Below, piece after piece: positions 1 through 25,861 of a DNA stretch of 64,000 nt. The translations under genes were made by a program, and so were the position numbers. Numbering within the stretch: position 1 is the stretch's first letter; each line of letters starts with the position of its first letter. Location: assembly GCA_002269645.1 (NCBI GenBank), contig NIVC01003334.1:1-64000 (forward strand). Direction: 5' to 3'. The stretch is from Macrostomum lignano (Eukaryota). The notes beneath the pieces were generated by a model. It was given only the letters and a program-made list of their open reading frames with translations. It was not told the DNA's origin and did no database searches.

Positions 1-553
1 AATAACTTTATTAAGTTAGCGCAAACAACAACGACTATTGAACAACTTTGTTGCGACTGTTACATTCTACAACTCGCGTGATGCGATCTTGACTCAAAAT
101 CGCCTCTCGGTGGTTGCATTACAGTCGTTTGAGTCGGCAAAGAGTCGCTAGAGTCATTAGTAAGTTGTTTGCAAAGATTCTTTAGCGATTGTGGTCACGG
201 TAACGTTTTCAACAGGAAGGTGTTGTGTCGTGTCGACACTGCTCAAGAGCAATCATTTTACTAGGACAGTATTGAAAACAATTTCTTTACTTTTCTACTA
301 CCAGTAGAGTAGCAAATAAAAGTTTCCTAAAATTAATTTTATACACGTAATATTCTACTGTTCTTACTGCAAGTAAAGTATTAAGGAAATATTTGATGTT
401 AGATGTTTTTCTAGCCCGATTTGTCTATGGCCAAACCTCATTCAGCGATATGTAAAATGCGCTATGCGCTTTGCGATATGCACAAATGTAAATGTTTAGC
501 ATTATCGTTTTTAATTAATATTTTTGCAAATTTGTTATTTAGTAGAATCTCAC

Positions 554-1834
554 TGGATCTCCTCAGAATCAACTGACGACGTAACAAAATCGCCAGGTAG
601 GTCCAGGTACACAGCACCAGGCCGCCCGTAGGTGGCCTGTTTCACTGCCTGATAGAAAAAGAACATCAAAACTGCAATAAGATTTCACTATGAAGGATTT
701 AAACACAAAATCAAACGTAACAAGATCTAATGCGAGAGTCAACCTTGTGCACAAAATGCGGAATTCTGGCAATTGACGGCAGGCGGGCGCTGAACTTGCA
801 GAACTTGGCTGCAGCCTCCGCCTGCGGAAACTCCTGGAATGCCTCGCTGCCATCCAGGTGCGAGTCGCTGGCGCCGCCGATCACCAGCACTGGCCTGTGG
901 GGTTTTGCGGGCGATTCGCTTAAACCAACGAGTAGGACTTGGGATGTTGCGATGGCTGGCTTGTGCTGCCTCGCTGTTGCCCAGCAACTCGGGATCTGAG
1001 AGGCTGGCCCAGCAACTCGGGATCTGAGAGGCTGGCCCAGCAACTGGGGATCTGGGAGACTGGCCCAGCAACTGGGGATCTGGGAGGCTGGCCCAGCAAC
1101 TGGCACTCTGGGAGGCTGCCCAGCAACTGGCACTCTGGGAGGCTGGTCCAGCAACTGACACTCTGAGAGACTGGCCTAGCAACTGACACTATGGGAGGCT
1201 GGCCCAGCAACTGACACTCTGAGAGGCTGGCCTAGCAACTTAGGATTTGAGAAGTTGTTCCAGCAACTGAGGAACTGGGAGTAGCAAGCAAAGGCACAAT
1301 GTTCACCAGCAGTTTTCATTTGCATTGGACAGTCCGGCCAGTGCATGCACAACTCCAGGACCGGAAACCACCAGACAGACTCCTGGCCTAGAAAATGTTA
1401 AAATTTTGTTGGGATTTCAGCGACTGCAAAAGTTATTCTACAGTTAAATCTTGACGATTAGATTTTCGATACATGTATAATTTATTACTTACTTCCCAGT
1501 AAGATAGCCAATTGCTGATGCAGCATAGGATGCCTGAAAAGTCACAATATTACTGCACAATATTTTCACACAATAACAAATGATTCACTTGAGTTAAAAT
1601 AATGGAAACCTACAGACTGTTCATTGCGCATTGCAACAAACTTGATACCGGCAGATTGAAAGGCAACAGCAACCTCTACCACAGGAATTCCAACTATGCC
1701 AAAAGCATATTCAATGCCCTGGAAAGTCAAACAAGGAGTGCAAGATGTATATTTATGTAGCCCAATAAACTGCTGCTGCACAAATTACCAACCTGTGAAC
1801 GAAGGGCTTGAGCCAGCACTGTTGCTCCATCCAT
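554..1834 (-). CDS. HACL1: 2-hydroxyacyl-CoA lyase 1 (TPP-dependent), 5' part; the gene continues past the left edge of the window
   Basis: Exons 1793-1834 ([14 protein letters not shown]), 1614-1718 ([35 protein letters not shown]), 1493-1533 ([13 protein letters not shown]), 1307-1387 ([27 protein letters not shown]), 744-894 ([24 protein letters not shown]..), 554-648 ([21 protein letters not shown]). All introns are GT-AG and in phase. Motifs match the HACL1/oxalyl-CoA decarboxylase N-terminal TPP domain. Confidence 0.92.
975..1290. repeat. 28-bp minisatellite in a HACL1 intron
   Basis: GGAGGCTGGCCCAGCAACT plus GACACTCTG or GGGGATCTG. Confidence 0.9.
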
Positions 1835-2582
1835 GTGAGTTGAATGATTCTGAAGTGATTATAACAATTTTTGTGGTTATACATTCAACGACTTTGAGGC
1901 AATTTATTAAAGATAATTTGAGAGCATTAGTCCCAGTTTATTATGTAGATTTAATAAGTAGCTTAATTAAGTAGTTTCTTTACCATATAAGTTAAAGAAA
2001 CTACTTGGTTCTTATTAGTTGTTGTTATTAATAAATGAAAATACACTGACTGATAACTTAATATATAACATTTTACAATAAATAGAATTAAAAAATGACA
2101 TTTAATAACACTAAAGGAGCACAAGAACCTGTACATACAGCTGATTTGCTTGCAGTGCATTTTGCCCACAAGCAAATTGCCTACTGGGTTTTTTCTCACC
2201 AAGGTTTTCCAAATGCTTTTTTTTCTATAACACCTTTTGCAACACATCATAATGTCCTAGATTCTTCAAATTCTTTTGATTTATCAGTCTTAATAAAGAG
2301 ATTTACCCAATCAAAATGCTTTAACAGTAACTGCATATAAAATTTTTTATCTTTCTTGTAAGTAAGCAGGGGTACATCAGTGAGCTATTAATAAATGCAA
2401 GTTTATGCACTTACAACAAGGGTAGGCATTGGGAGAAGATGCAGATAGTATCTAATACATGGCAAAATGCACTACAAGAAAAAAGCATTGATAGAAAAAC
2501 TTGGCAGTCAATTTGCTTGTGGGCAATAATTCATTAGCAAGCAAATTGCACTATGGGAAAATCTCAGCAGGCAATTCTCTGC

Positions 2583-2754
2583 CATGCTTGGGTGCAGCCT
2601 AGGAATTCACCTGGCTGTTTCTATTGGCAACACATACATTTAAGTCACTATTGGATAGAATAGTAGTCAGGTGACTGCTCTTAGCCAATAGTGACCTACA
2701 TGTGTGTGTTGCCAATAGAAATGGCCAGGTGATTCCAAAGGTTGCACATGTATG
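2583..2754. mobile_element. Palindromic MITE with CAT...ATG termini and 8-bp TSD (P-element-like), copy 1
   Basis: About 70-bp inverted arms around a short spacer. TSD TTCTCTGC / TTCTCTGT. Confidence 0.8.
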
Positions 2755-3490
2755 TTCTCTGTGCAAAAAGTAGCAATTCACTCATAGTCAAAATATACTA
2801 TAGGCAAATATTGGTAGGGAAAAAAGTTGGTAGACAAATCTCCTGCGGGAAAATCTCTGAGCAATTTGTCTGTGGGAATTTTTTATGGACCCTAATAATA
2901 TGAGCTAAGTCTTTATATGAAATACTAAAAACTTATATTATTCATGCAGAGATCCAAAGAGTTGAATAAGGGTATAGATTACTAGGGTATATGTATAGCA
3001 TAGGCATGTTTATTTACATGATAATATATATACAACCCATACATGGCTATAGAAAAAATCGAACTTAATACAAGGCCTGTTCCCTTTGCATCCCCCCTGA
3101 ATCTAAAATACTAATCATGTTGGTCTTAGTATATTCTAAGTTATTTATGGCTATAATTATAAATTAGGCCTACTATCAGTATCACATATTTAGATAACTC
3201 ACTAAAGTGTAAGCATTTTGTAGTAGTAAAATTAAACCAAAATACTGGGCCTTAATAATAACCACCCTAATAGTAAAACAGCTGTTGAATGCTGGCATTT
3301 ACTAGAAAATTCTACTTGTTGCGCTGGCAATAAAAAAAATTACTATACCAAATACTACTAGTAAAAGGCAATAGTTAAGTGTAAGGTTTAGCAATGTTTG
3401 AACTGATTAAGATGAAATAAATTTAGTGTAATGCGAATGTAACTTCTAAATAATTTAAAACAAAAAATTCAAAAAAATCTATAGTTGATT

Positions 3491-3670
3491 CAGTGGCGGA
3501 TCCAGGATTTTTAAAGTAGGTGGGCGGGCGCTGGGCGGATTGGCCTAACTTTTTGGGTTGGCCCAAAATAAGCCCAAAAAGCCCAAAATTGCAATACTCC
3601 CTTTTATATTAAATTCAGCCACGGCAAAAGAGAGGGCGACCGCCCCAGCCACCATCTAGATCCGCCACTG
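3491..3670. mobile_element. hAT-type MITE
   Basis: TIR CAGTGGCGGATC / GATCCGCCACTG. 8-bp TSD AGTTGATT / AGTTAATT. Confidence 0.8.
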
Positions 3671-5379
3671 AGTTAATTATGAGATGAAGCACCAGGTTCG
3701 GAGAAGCAGATTCACATTATCTCTAGGAAAGTTCTTAGAAAGTATCAAACTCAAAAATGTATCAAAAGCTACAGACGCTTAAACAAAGAAGAATTGTTTC
3801 ACAATAGTTTTGTCAAAAGTTAATGTATAAGACAATGTTTTATTGCTTAAAAATTCTATTATGCAAGAATAATGCTTTTTGATGTGCTAAACGTTTGTGA
3901 CTTGATTCGTTTAGGATGATTTCATGGTAATTTTAGGTGGTCATCACTTTTCGCAACTGTCGCGGCCATCTGAATTGTCCTTGACCTTGTCCCTGTTTTC
4001 TTTCTCAGTCTAGTCAATTTCAGTTATTTTCATTACTTTCTACTTGCGCCTCCACTCCGACCTTAAGCTCTATACGTGTCGGCAACCCTGCAACGGCCAC
4101 CTGCATGCATGGACAACAAAAGTAGTCTACTCCAGTGTTGATGAACTCACCCCTTTTTAGAATTTTTATAAATAAAGTCGTTTTGGGCTGTGCCGCAGTC
4201 ACTAGTTTATTATTTCAAACTACATGAAATTCAAATAAGTCGCAACTTCGTTTCTTATTATTTTTGTATATCACTTTGACTGCGCGCCGAACAGTCTGCT
4301 ATTAAAAAACCTTTCTGCGGTCACTCCAATTATCTTTATGAAATACACGATTATGAAAAAAGTAATTTTTTACAAACAATTGCAACTTTAGCATGCCGTC
4401 ATACTGTACATGTATCAAAATGAAGCAATTTAATCGTTGAGTCAGCATTGAAGTCCAACATAAACGTCATGGCTGAAAAGCTATAATAGACAAATAAAAA
4501 GACAAAGGGCGCACCACATTTGAACATAAGATGCAAATTTGCATCTGGACAAGCATATAGTTTTTTTCTATTGTAGATTATAAATGTATAAATAAATCGG
4601 TTCGTTTTAACAAATTTCAATAGCTACTATGAAGCTACGCTATAAATATCCAGCCGGAGAAAACAATTGAGTAATCGGACATTGCGGTTGTTTTTAAATC
4701 AGTTGGTTGCCAAAAAACTACAAAGCCCAGTTGAGTCACGGTGACAATACAAGAACAGAACTACAAGCCCAATGCCGACATGGAGGTTGCTGAGTAACAG
4801 TAGTTGTGACAGAATGAGCGTTCAAAACCTAGCTCTACTAATATAAAAAATTGCATCGTAAAAAAGCAAATTTAAATAAGAGCACAACTGCCAACTGTTT
4901 TGAAAACCGTGAACCAGGAAATTTAAACGAAGTTCGTGCAATAATGCCGGAAACTAGCAACGCACACAATGTCTCACGCGCACTCAATAGCAAAATAAAC
5001 ATTTTGAACACTTCAAAACAAAACATCCATACAAAAATGCACAACCACAATGAATGCGCAAACTAGCCTACTCGCTAATAAGTAGTCTACAATTAAAGGA
5101 AAAATTAGGTGCATTGTGTAGTTGTTTATTAATTTTATTAAATATCAACAAGGTTATTGTTCTTTTAATAAATTATTGGCAAATAAACTTTCGCTAACTT
5201 CAAAGATTCCGCTTGCTTCAAACTGCATGAAAAGAATGAAAAAGTTAAATTAATAATTAAACAGCTTAAAAATTATATACTTGCGTACGTGCAGTTTTAT
5301 GAGTAGTTAAATAAATAAAATTAACATCAATTTTAAGACGAAATTATCTAGTTAAAAATTATGAATTAACGGGCTGAGT

Positions 5380-5615
5380 CAGGGACGTCGCCATGGACTA
5401 TACGGAGGGGAAGGACAGAGTCAAGAATCCTACCATGACTAAATTCCTACATTTATTGGGAATCGGTGTTGTTAGCACCCAAGCATTCATTTTTGCACAT
5501 CAGACACTTATTTTGGCGCCTTACATAACGGGTCACAAGGGCGACTGGGCGGGAAGGCAAAGCTTTTACTGGGGTGGGGGGGATGCCCCCTCTGTCAATA
5601 GTGGCGTCGCCCCTG
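5380..5615. mobile_element. hAT-type MITE (degenerate)
   Basis: Termini CAGGGACGTCGCCA / TGGCGTCGCCCCTG. Flanks GGCTGAGT / GGCAGAGA match at 6 of 8 positions. Confidence 0.65.
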
Positions 5616-6174
5616 GGCAGAGAGTATTGCAAGTTGCAAATTAGTTGGAAAAGCTTGAAGACTGCAAAGCAGGCGCACAAAATATTAATAAATAAAAAAC
5701 TAGGAATTCAATTAGAAGACCCAGAATAAAATTGAAAGTATAACTCACAAAATCTAAAAAAAACAAGCACAAGTAAACCAAACGGAGATCTGGGAGCGAA
5801 GCATGGAATTGAAACACAAACAAAATGAATTAGGGCTCCAAGACGCGGTGCAAAATAAGTAATAAATTAATAGAATTTTTATTCGCATATCGAAAAAACA
5901 TAAGCAAATCTTTTTGTAAATTCTCAACGCTAAAAGCTTATTGTTCTCTACTCAAAAATTTACACCATAAATTTGTTCATGATCAAAGTTAGAAAATTGT
6001 AAAGTAATTGTATAGTGGCATATTAACTAATGTCATGCTATATTTTATCGAGTTGAGGGTGGACATTGACAACCATAGCAGTTATTGTTTATCTTTAGAA
6101 GCAATATACATTGTATTAGGATATATATACATATAATAACTACAAGTAAAATGACTTTATACATAGGAATAAGG

Positions 6175-6600
6175 TTTATTGCCTCAACACGGAATCACTA
6201 ATTGTTCATCTATTTTTAGAAAGTGTAAATTGCCGCAACAGGGAATCACTAATAGATAATCTATTGTTAGAAACAGTGTACATTACCTCAACCCGAAATT
6301 GCTAACTGATAATCTATTTTTAGAAACAGTGTACATTTCCTCAACCAGGAATTGCTAATTGATAATCTATTTTTAGAAAGTGTAAATTGTCGCAACAGGG
6401 AATCACTAATAGATAATCTATTTTTAGAAACAGTGTACATTACCTCAACCCGAAATTGCTAACTGATAATCTATTTTTAGAAACAGTGTACATTTCCTCA
6501 ACCAGGAATCGCTAATTGATCATCTATTTTTAGAAAGTGTACATTGCCTCAGCAGGAAATCGCTAATTGATAATCTATTTTAGAAGCTTAACATTGCGCT
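6175..6600. repeat. About 53-bp tandem repeat, intergenic
   Basis: CCTCAACC..AATTGCTAA.TGATAATCTATTTTTAGAAACAGTGTACATT; consecutive starts at 6286 and 6339. Confidence 0.85.
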
Positions 6601-7654
6601 TCTATGCATATTTTAAGAAACAGAAACCGATTTTCTCAACTATTCTCGAATAACTGAGTAAAACACGCCGATATAAAAAAATTGCAAACGTGCCAGTGCA
6701 CCAACAATAGTTGCATGATATGCGATTCCGCAGAGAATTTGAGTCAAAACCTTCTATAAAACCGCATTCCGTGAGTTGCTGAATGGAATTCGGCGAAAGA
6801 ATGGTTGAAAAATGTATGCAACATTTTATGGACAAAAAACTATATAAAACCGGGTAGATTGCCCGATAGTCAAGAAGACAAATATAACAAAAATGAAGTC
6901 TATTAAATAGCCACACTTAGGCTTCGCAGCCGAGAGTATCTATCATTGCTCAATTGTTATTTAACAGTGGGAACGCACCGAGAATTTTACTTTTGGCAGC
7001 CAAGTTGACTACTTACGGTAGTAAAGTTTTCTTTTTTAAAATATAATAATTTTATACTTTACTTTGCACGTATTTTCCCCATATTTTTACTAAAAGTAGA
7101 GTAGTCGATAAAGTATCAAAATATTAATTTAATAGAAACAATATAGTGTTTTTTTTCTACTTAAAGTAGAGTAGAAAGAAGAATTAAGTATGATAATTGT
7201 TTTTCGTAGTCTTAATTTTTCTGTCGTACGGTTTTTTGCATGAATTAGTTACGCCTAATGGCTAGCAATACAAAAAGGACCCTTTTTGCTCATTGGGATT
7301 TTCTTCCTCTACAAGGCCTGTACTGTACTCAAATATTATGTACAATGTTATTTGAAGGCCTAAGACGACCACATGACTGCAAATTGAAGCAAATCCAAGA
7401 AGCAAAACAAGAGACACTACAATACCTTGGTCCTCGGCAGTTCCACTGTTAAATAAGCAATTAATATAATTATAATATAAAAACACACAAGCATGTAAAA
7501 AAAGAAGATAAATACAATAAATTGCAGAAAAAAGACAACTGAAACAGGATCTTGTCAGGAAAAAATGAGATTTTGTTTAGCAAATAATAATATTCATAAT
7601 ATAAATAGTCGAACGCGGATACTGGCGCTACATCAGCCGCTGCTTGACAGCAGT

Positions 7655-21044
<13,390 letters not shown>

Positions 21045-22674
21045 ATTGCTGTTTTTTGTTGGACCTTTTTTGTTTGTTACTAAAAAATGCAATTGACAAA
21101 TTATTAAGAGATAAATTGCTCTTATATAGAGCCTTAGCTGGCTAGCATTGAGTCAATCTTGTATTTGTAGCTGAAAATAAAAATGAGGATTTATAAAATT
21201 TGTAGACTTTAATTGCCCAATAGGAAAAGATAAAGCCTTGAAGTATAGACAGGCCATATTTAAAAAAATATTTAATGTATAATTTAACTCAGAATTATAT
21301 ATTATATTAAAAATAGTAAATAAGTTATATTATTAACAACTTAAAGCAAATTTGAAGGTTAAGCCAATATGATAAGGTTTACTATATGATTATTATGTAA
21401 TAATAGGCATATATTAATGATAATAGTTATAATAAAATACTGTAAGCAAATAAACTTTTATTTGTAATAGCCAAGATAAAATTATCTTGGAAAAATTAAG
21501 TAAAATAGCATATTTAAAGTTTTAATAGCATAGCATTAGAAATAGAATATAGCATAGTCTAATATAATGCTACATATATATATATATAATAATAGTAACA
21601 ATCAGAGAAAAACCTTGCCTTAGTTTAGTAATATATAGAATATAGCAATATGCAGAAATAAGCCACTAATACTAACTATGACTATGCCATTTTATGCCAC
21701 AAATAGGTTGAAGGTTAATAGGCCTAATGGCCTACTAGGTAAGCAAAACAAGATCATAGCATGCTTGCACTAGAACAAATCTTATCAAAAAAGTTATTAG
21801 GCTCTAGGCCTACACTATAAGCTAAAAATATGCCTTTTGCAAAAAATACAACCTAGGCCTTAACTTAGGCATACAACCTAGGCATACAACACTAGGCCTC
21901 TAAAATCTGTATTTTCCATTTAAAAAATAGGCTTAATGATAAAACTTATATTATAATCTGTTTAATAGAAATAGAATGCTAATATATTTTAATTGAAAAA
22001 TTTTAAATAATATACTAGCAAACAAAAAGTATTAGGCCTAATTATGCATTAGACAATACATTATTTATTTTTTTATTTTGCACTTCACAGTATTTTTATA
22101 TTTTCTATATTGAATTCAATCTTATTTGACTATTCTCAAATTCAAAGCCCATTTTCAAAATTTTGAAAATTTTTCAAAATGACCAATAAAGGCTGTCTCA
22201 AAATTTTGAGATTGAGATCAAGATCTCAGTGAGACTCTAATAGAATATATGAATTGAGAAGTAGAATATAGCCATGTTAAATACTATAAACCCTATGCCT
22301 TTGGTAAAACTACTAAAAAGCTTCCAAATACAATAATTAAAAATCAAATACTAATAGAGGCATACTTATAATAGCCTAATTTGTTATTACTTATCAACCA
22401 ATCATGGAAATCATTAAAATTGATGACTAGCATTTTAATGTCAGATAAAAATGTACACAGACACAATTAAAGACAAAGTCCAAACCAGAAATTTTGACAC
22501 TTCTTTAGTGTATCTTCGGCATTAAAAGAGAAATGCCATAACACAAGAAATGTACACCGAGACTTAAGTGTAAGCATTAAAATTTATATAAAGAAGTGAA
22601 TTCATACACAAAATTTATACAAGGTTTATATGCTTGGAAGCTTGGAATTGACAAGTCCATGGGATGGCTAGCTA

Positions 22675-22825
22675 GTAGATGACGAAATGACTCCCTGGAG
22701 TGTGTATGCCAATTAGGATGACGAAGGGACATAAATAAGTTAGGTAATAGACACCCTAGATGACGAAATTTCAGGTGACGAAATAGCAAATGATGAAATG
22801 GCAAGTGACGAAATAACTAGGAACC
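22675..22825. mobile_element. Right half of a GACGAAAT...GGAACC MITE related to 50773-51101
   Basis: Repeated GACGAAAT motifs ending in GGAACC. No matching left arm was found. Confidence 0.5.
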
Positions 22826-24171
22826 TAATTACCGACATTACTGCTAATATAAGTAGGCCTACAAGTACAAGAAGTTCTAAGATGGTAACTTTCTTAGGGA
22901 CAATACCTACTTAATAAAAAAATATAATAACCAGTAATAAAATGTAAAAATCGAAGTCAGGAGCTATGACACATTAAGCTGCTGCTTCAATTGTGTAAGC
23001 ACTGAAATTTTAATTAATTTGTATTAAGTAAATCATTCTACAGACTTTCTCATAAATTTATTTTTCGCGCGGTTCTATGAGTAAAAGCCAAAACAATTTT
23101 TTTTTCATTTTTTGTGATAGATTCTTTGAAAATAAAAGCAAAGCCGATTGAGTTCTAACAATTAATTTTTTCTCTTACTTGCACAAGAAATTATCTACCA
23201 ATACAAAAAATCAAACACCGTATTGAGACAGCCCTTCGTTGAAATAGTCTAGATGCCTGGGCCTCTAGTGTGGCCCATGTGTTTCCCTCGTTCGTTGAGA
23301 CATATAAATAGGTCCCTGAGTCCCTGAACGAATCCTACTACTAAGTACTAATGTCCAATATACTAAAAATGGTCTGCCGGTATCTACTCGTATCTATGAG
23401 AAATAAAGTCAAGGAACCTTCTATATAACGTTACCTGCTACCTAACGTTGATTTCAAATGTCAGCATGGTATTGTTTTATTGTCCAAGTGATCACTTGAA
23501 ACTTAGAGCGCAGAAGTACCTTAAACCTTTTAATCAGGTTTACGCTTGCTTTTAAATTTACATGTGCGTTCGTACAAGCCTTAGAACTGCTTCAAACTAG
23601 AATTGAATGAAAAAAACCATCTTCTTCCATTAGTTGACTTCGTCTTATTTTAATTAAGGTATGCTTGTTGTCAATTACGTAATCGTGTACCCTTGTGTAA
23701 ATATAGATTATCCTAATTATCCAGCTATTAGAAGGAACGAGTAGAAAGAGATTTAATTTTCTTACCCACCGACTTTATTGATCGAAATACATGTACTCGT
23801 ACAAACCAATACTTGCACTAGCCGCGACTTCTGGGTTGTATTAAAACTCTGGGAAGTGTGCTTAAGCTTCAAAGAATAAGGCACTCTACTCGAGTACTAG
23901 TCGCGGATTACTATATAGCTTGATTGAAAGCTTTAAATTGACGGATAATGTACTGACTTTATTGGCAATATTAGTGCCAACTAGGAAATAAAAATAATGA
24001 CATCAAAACAGAAGTTCATGACAAAGGCTGAAATATTTTTTTCTTCCAAGAAGACTGGCAGCACGGCTAATATACGAAGCTTAACATCCGACTCAGTTCA
24101 AATTTTATTACTTAATCCACTCTTGCCATGCAATTTTAACAGATTATTTAATGGTCAGGACAGAGCGCCGT

Positions 24172-24783
24172 TCACTTATGCCCGTAGGACTCGATAATCT
24201 TCTGATACTTGGCCACGCGATCCTTCACCTTCTCGGTCGCTTTGGCGCGCAGCTGACGATCCCGGACCTGACGCTTGTGAAAGTGAGCCGATTTCACTTT
24301 ACGCCTGCGCTCTAGGGTGCCAATAACGCCTTGGTATTTCCATCCGACCTCGTGCGACAGGCGGCCGAGCACGCAGAACTTGCGACGGGTCTTCAATCGG
24401 AGACACTTGAGCGCGGACGGCACTACCTGACGCTTGGCCTTGTCGTAGGGGCTCGGAATGCCTTCGAACACTTTCAGACGGTCCAGAGCCTCGGCACCCC
24501 TAGCCAGCTTGTGCGGCAGCATACCGCGCACTGTGCGCCAGAAAATCTTGGACGGCGCACGGAAATGATAGGGCCCGCGGCTAGGCTTAGTGTTCAAGCG
24601 TTTGCGCAGGAACTCGTGGTAGCGAGTTTTGTTGCGAAAGAACGACCCGGAGATGTTGATGCCCTCGCAGCGGACAACCACCACGCGCTGGCCTAGAAGG
24701 AGCGTCTTGGCTACGACTGCGGCCAGACGGCCTAACAGGTGGCCGCGGGCGTCGATGATCAACGGGCTGGACTTGAATCCCAT
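24172..24783 (-). CDS. RPL13A: 60S ribosomal protein L13a (uL13), intronless, 203 aa
   Basis: Single uninterrupted ORF with [45 protein letters not shown] and [11 protein letters not shown]. An AATAAA lies about 70 nt downstream on the sense strand and there is no genomic poly(A) tract. Confidence 0.97.
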   Translation of the reverse strand: MGFKSSPLIIDARGHLLGRLAAVVAKTLLLGQRVVVVRCEGINISGSFFRNKTRYHEFLRKRLNTKPSRGPYHFRAPSKIFWRTVRGMLPHKLARGAEALDRLKVFEGIPSPYDKAKRQVVPSALKCLRLKTRRKFCVLGRLSHEVGWKYQGVIGTLERRRKVKSAHFHKRQVRDRQLRAKATEKVKDRVAKYQKIIESYGHK

Positions 24784-24904
24784 GACTAATTGGCTTGGAG
24801 GCCTCGCGACATGAAATTGCCGGTTTTTGTGCTAATTTAAAGATCGGTTGGGATATCAGAAAATCTTCTATACTTGACTGACAGCTTCAGGGAGAGTGAA
24901 GGCC

Positions 24905-25236
24905 TCAGTGATCAGCAATGAGTTCAGATGGAGAGGGTGGAGACCTCAGTGATCAGCAATGAGTTCAGATGGAGAGGGTGGAGACCTCAGTGATCAGCAA
25001 TGAGTTCAGATGGAGAGGATGGAGACCTCAGTGATCAGCAATGAGTTCAGATGGAGAGGGTGGAGACCTCAGTGATCAGCAATGAGTTCAGATGGAGAGG
25101 ATGGAGACCTCAGTGATCAGCAATGAGTTTAGATGGAGAGGATAGAGACCTCAGTGATCAGCAATGAGTTCAGATGGAGAGGATAGAGACCTCAGTGATC
25201 AGCAATGAGTTCAGATGGAGAGGATAGAGACCTCAG
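24905..25236. repeat. 41-bp tandem repeat upstream of RPL13A
   Basis: GGAGACCTCAGTGATCAGCAATGAGTTCAGATGGAGAGGGT, about 8 copies. Confidence 0.95.
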
Positions 25237-25504
25237 TTTAAACAAACTCATCCTAAATCCTTAACAGCAAAAAAGTAAATAAGCAGGAAAATGCAGAGAG
25301 AGAATATGAAATTAAGACCATTATTGCAACTCAATAGGCCAGGCCATTAAACGTAGATTTTATACTTTACAAGACATCATTCACAACGAGCTAATTATAC
25401 GATAATGATTGGCAATAATAACAAATAGTAATTGGCAATTGAATTATAATATTTAACTGAACAATTGTAACGGCGAAAAATCAATAAAATGCAAATAACA
25501 ATAC

Positions 25505-25822
25505 ACAAGTTGCTCAATTAGGCTATACAAGTTGCTCAATTAGGCTACACAAGTTGCTCAATTAGGCTACACAAGTTGCTCAATTAGGCTACACAAGTTG
25601 CTCAATTAGGCTACTGAGCTGCTCAATTAGGCTACTGAGCTGCTCAATTAGGCTACTGAGCTGCTCAATTAGGCTACTGAGCTGCTCAATTAGGCTACTG
25701 AGCTACTCAATTAGGCTACTGAGCTGCTTAATTAGGCTACTGAGCTGCTCAATTAGGCTACATAAGTTGCTCAATTAGGCTACTGAGCTGCTCAATTAGG
25801 CTACTGAGCTGCTCAATTAGGC
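25505..25822. repeat. 21/22-bp tandem repeat in the INTS13 3' region
   Basis: GCTCAATTAGGCTAC core. Confidence 0.92.
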
Positions 25823-25861
25823 TTACTAAATGGCATAACACAGAAGGTCCAAGAAATTAAT

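Noticed and set aside
2140-2560. Degenerate inverted repeat upstream of HACL1
   Set aside because: Probably an old MITE, but too decayed to define ends or a TSD.
22185-23240. About 1-kb element bounded by AGGCTGTCTCAA / TTGAGACAGCCCT
   Set aside because: There is only a 12-13-bp inverted match and no TSD. It may be an old MITE but is not supportable.
24331-24814. Plus-strand ORFs overlapping RPL13A, and similar antisense ORFs over MARK, INTS13 and the RTE
   Set aside because: They are shadow ORFs of GC-rich coding sequence with no recognisable product.
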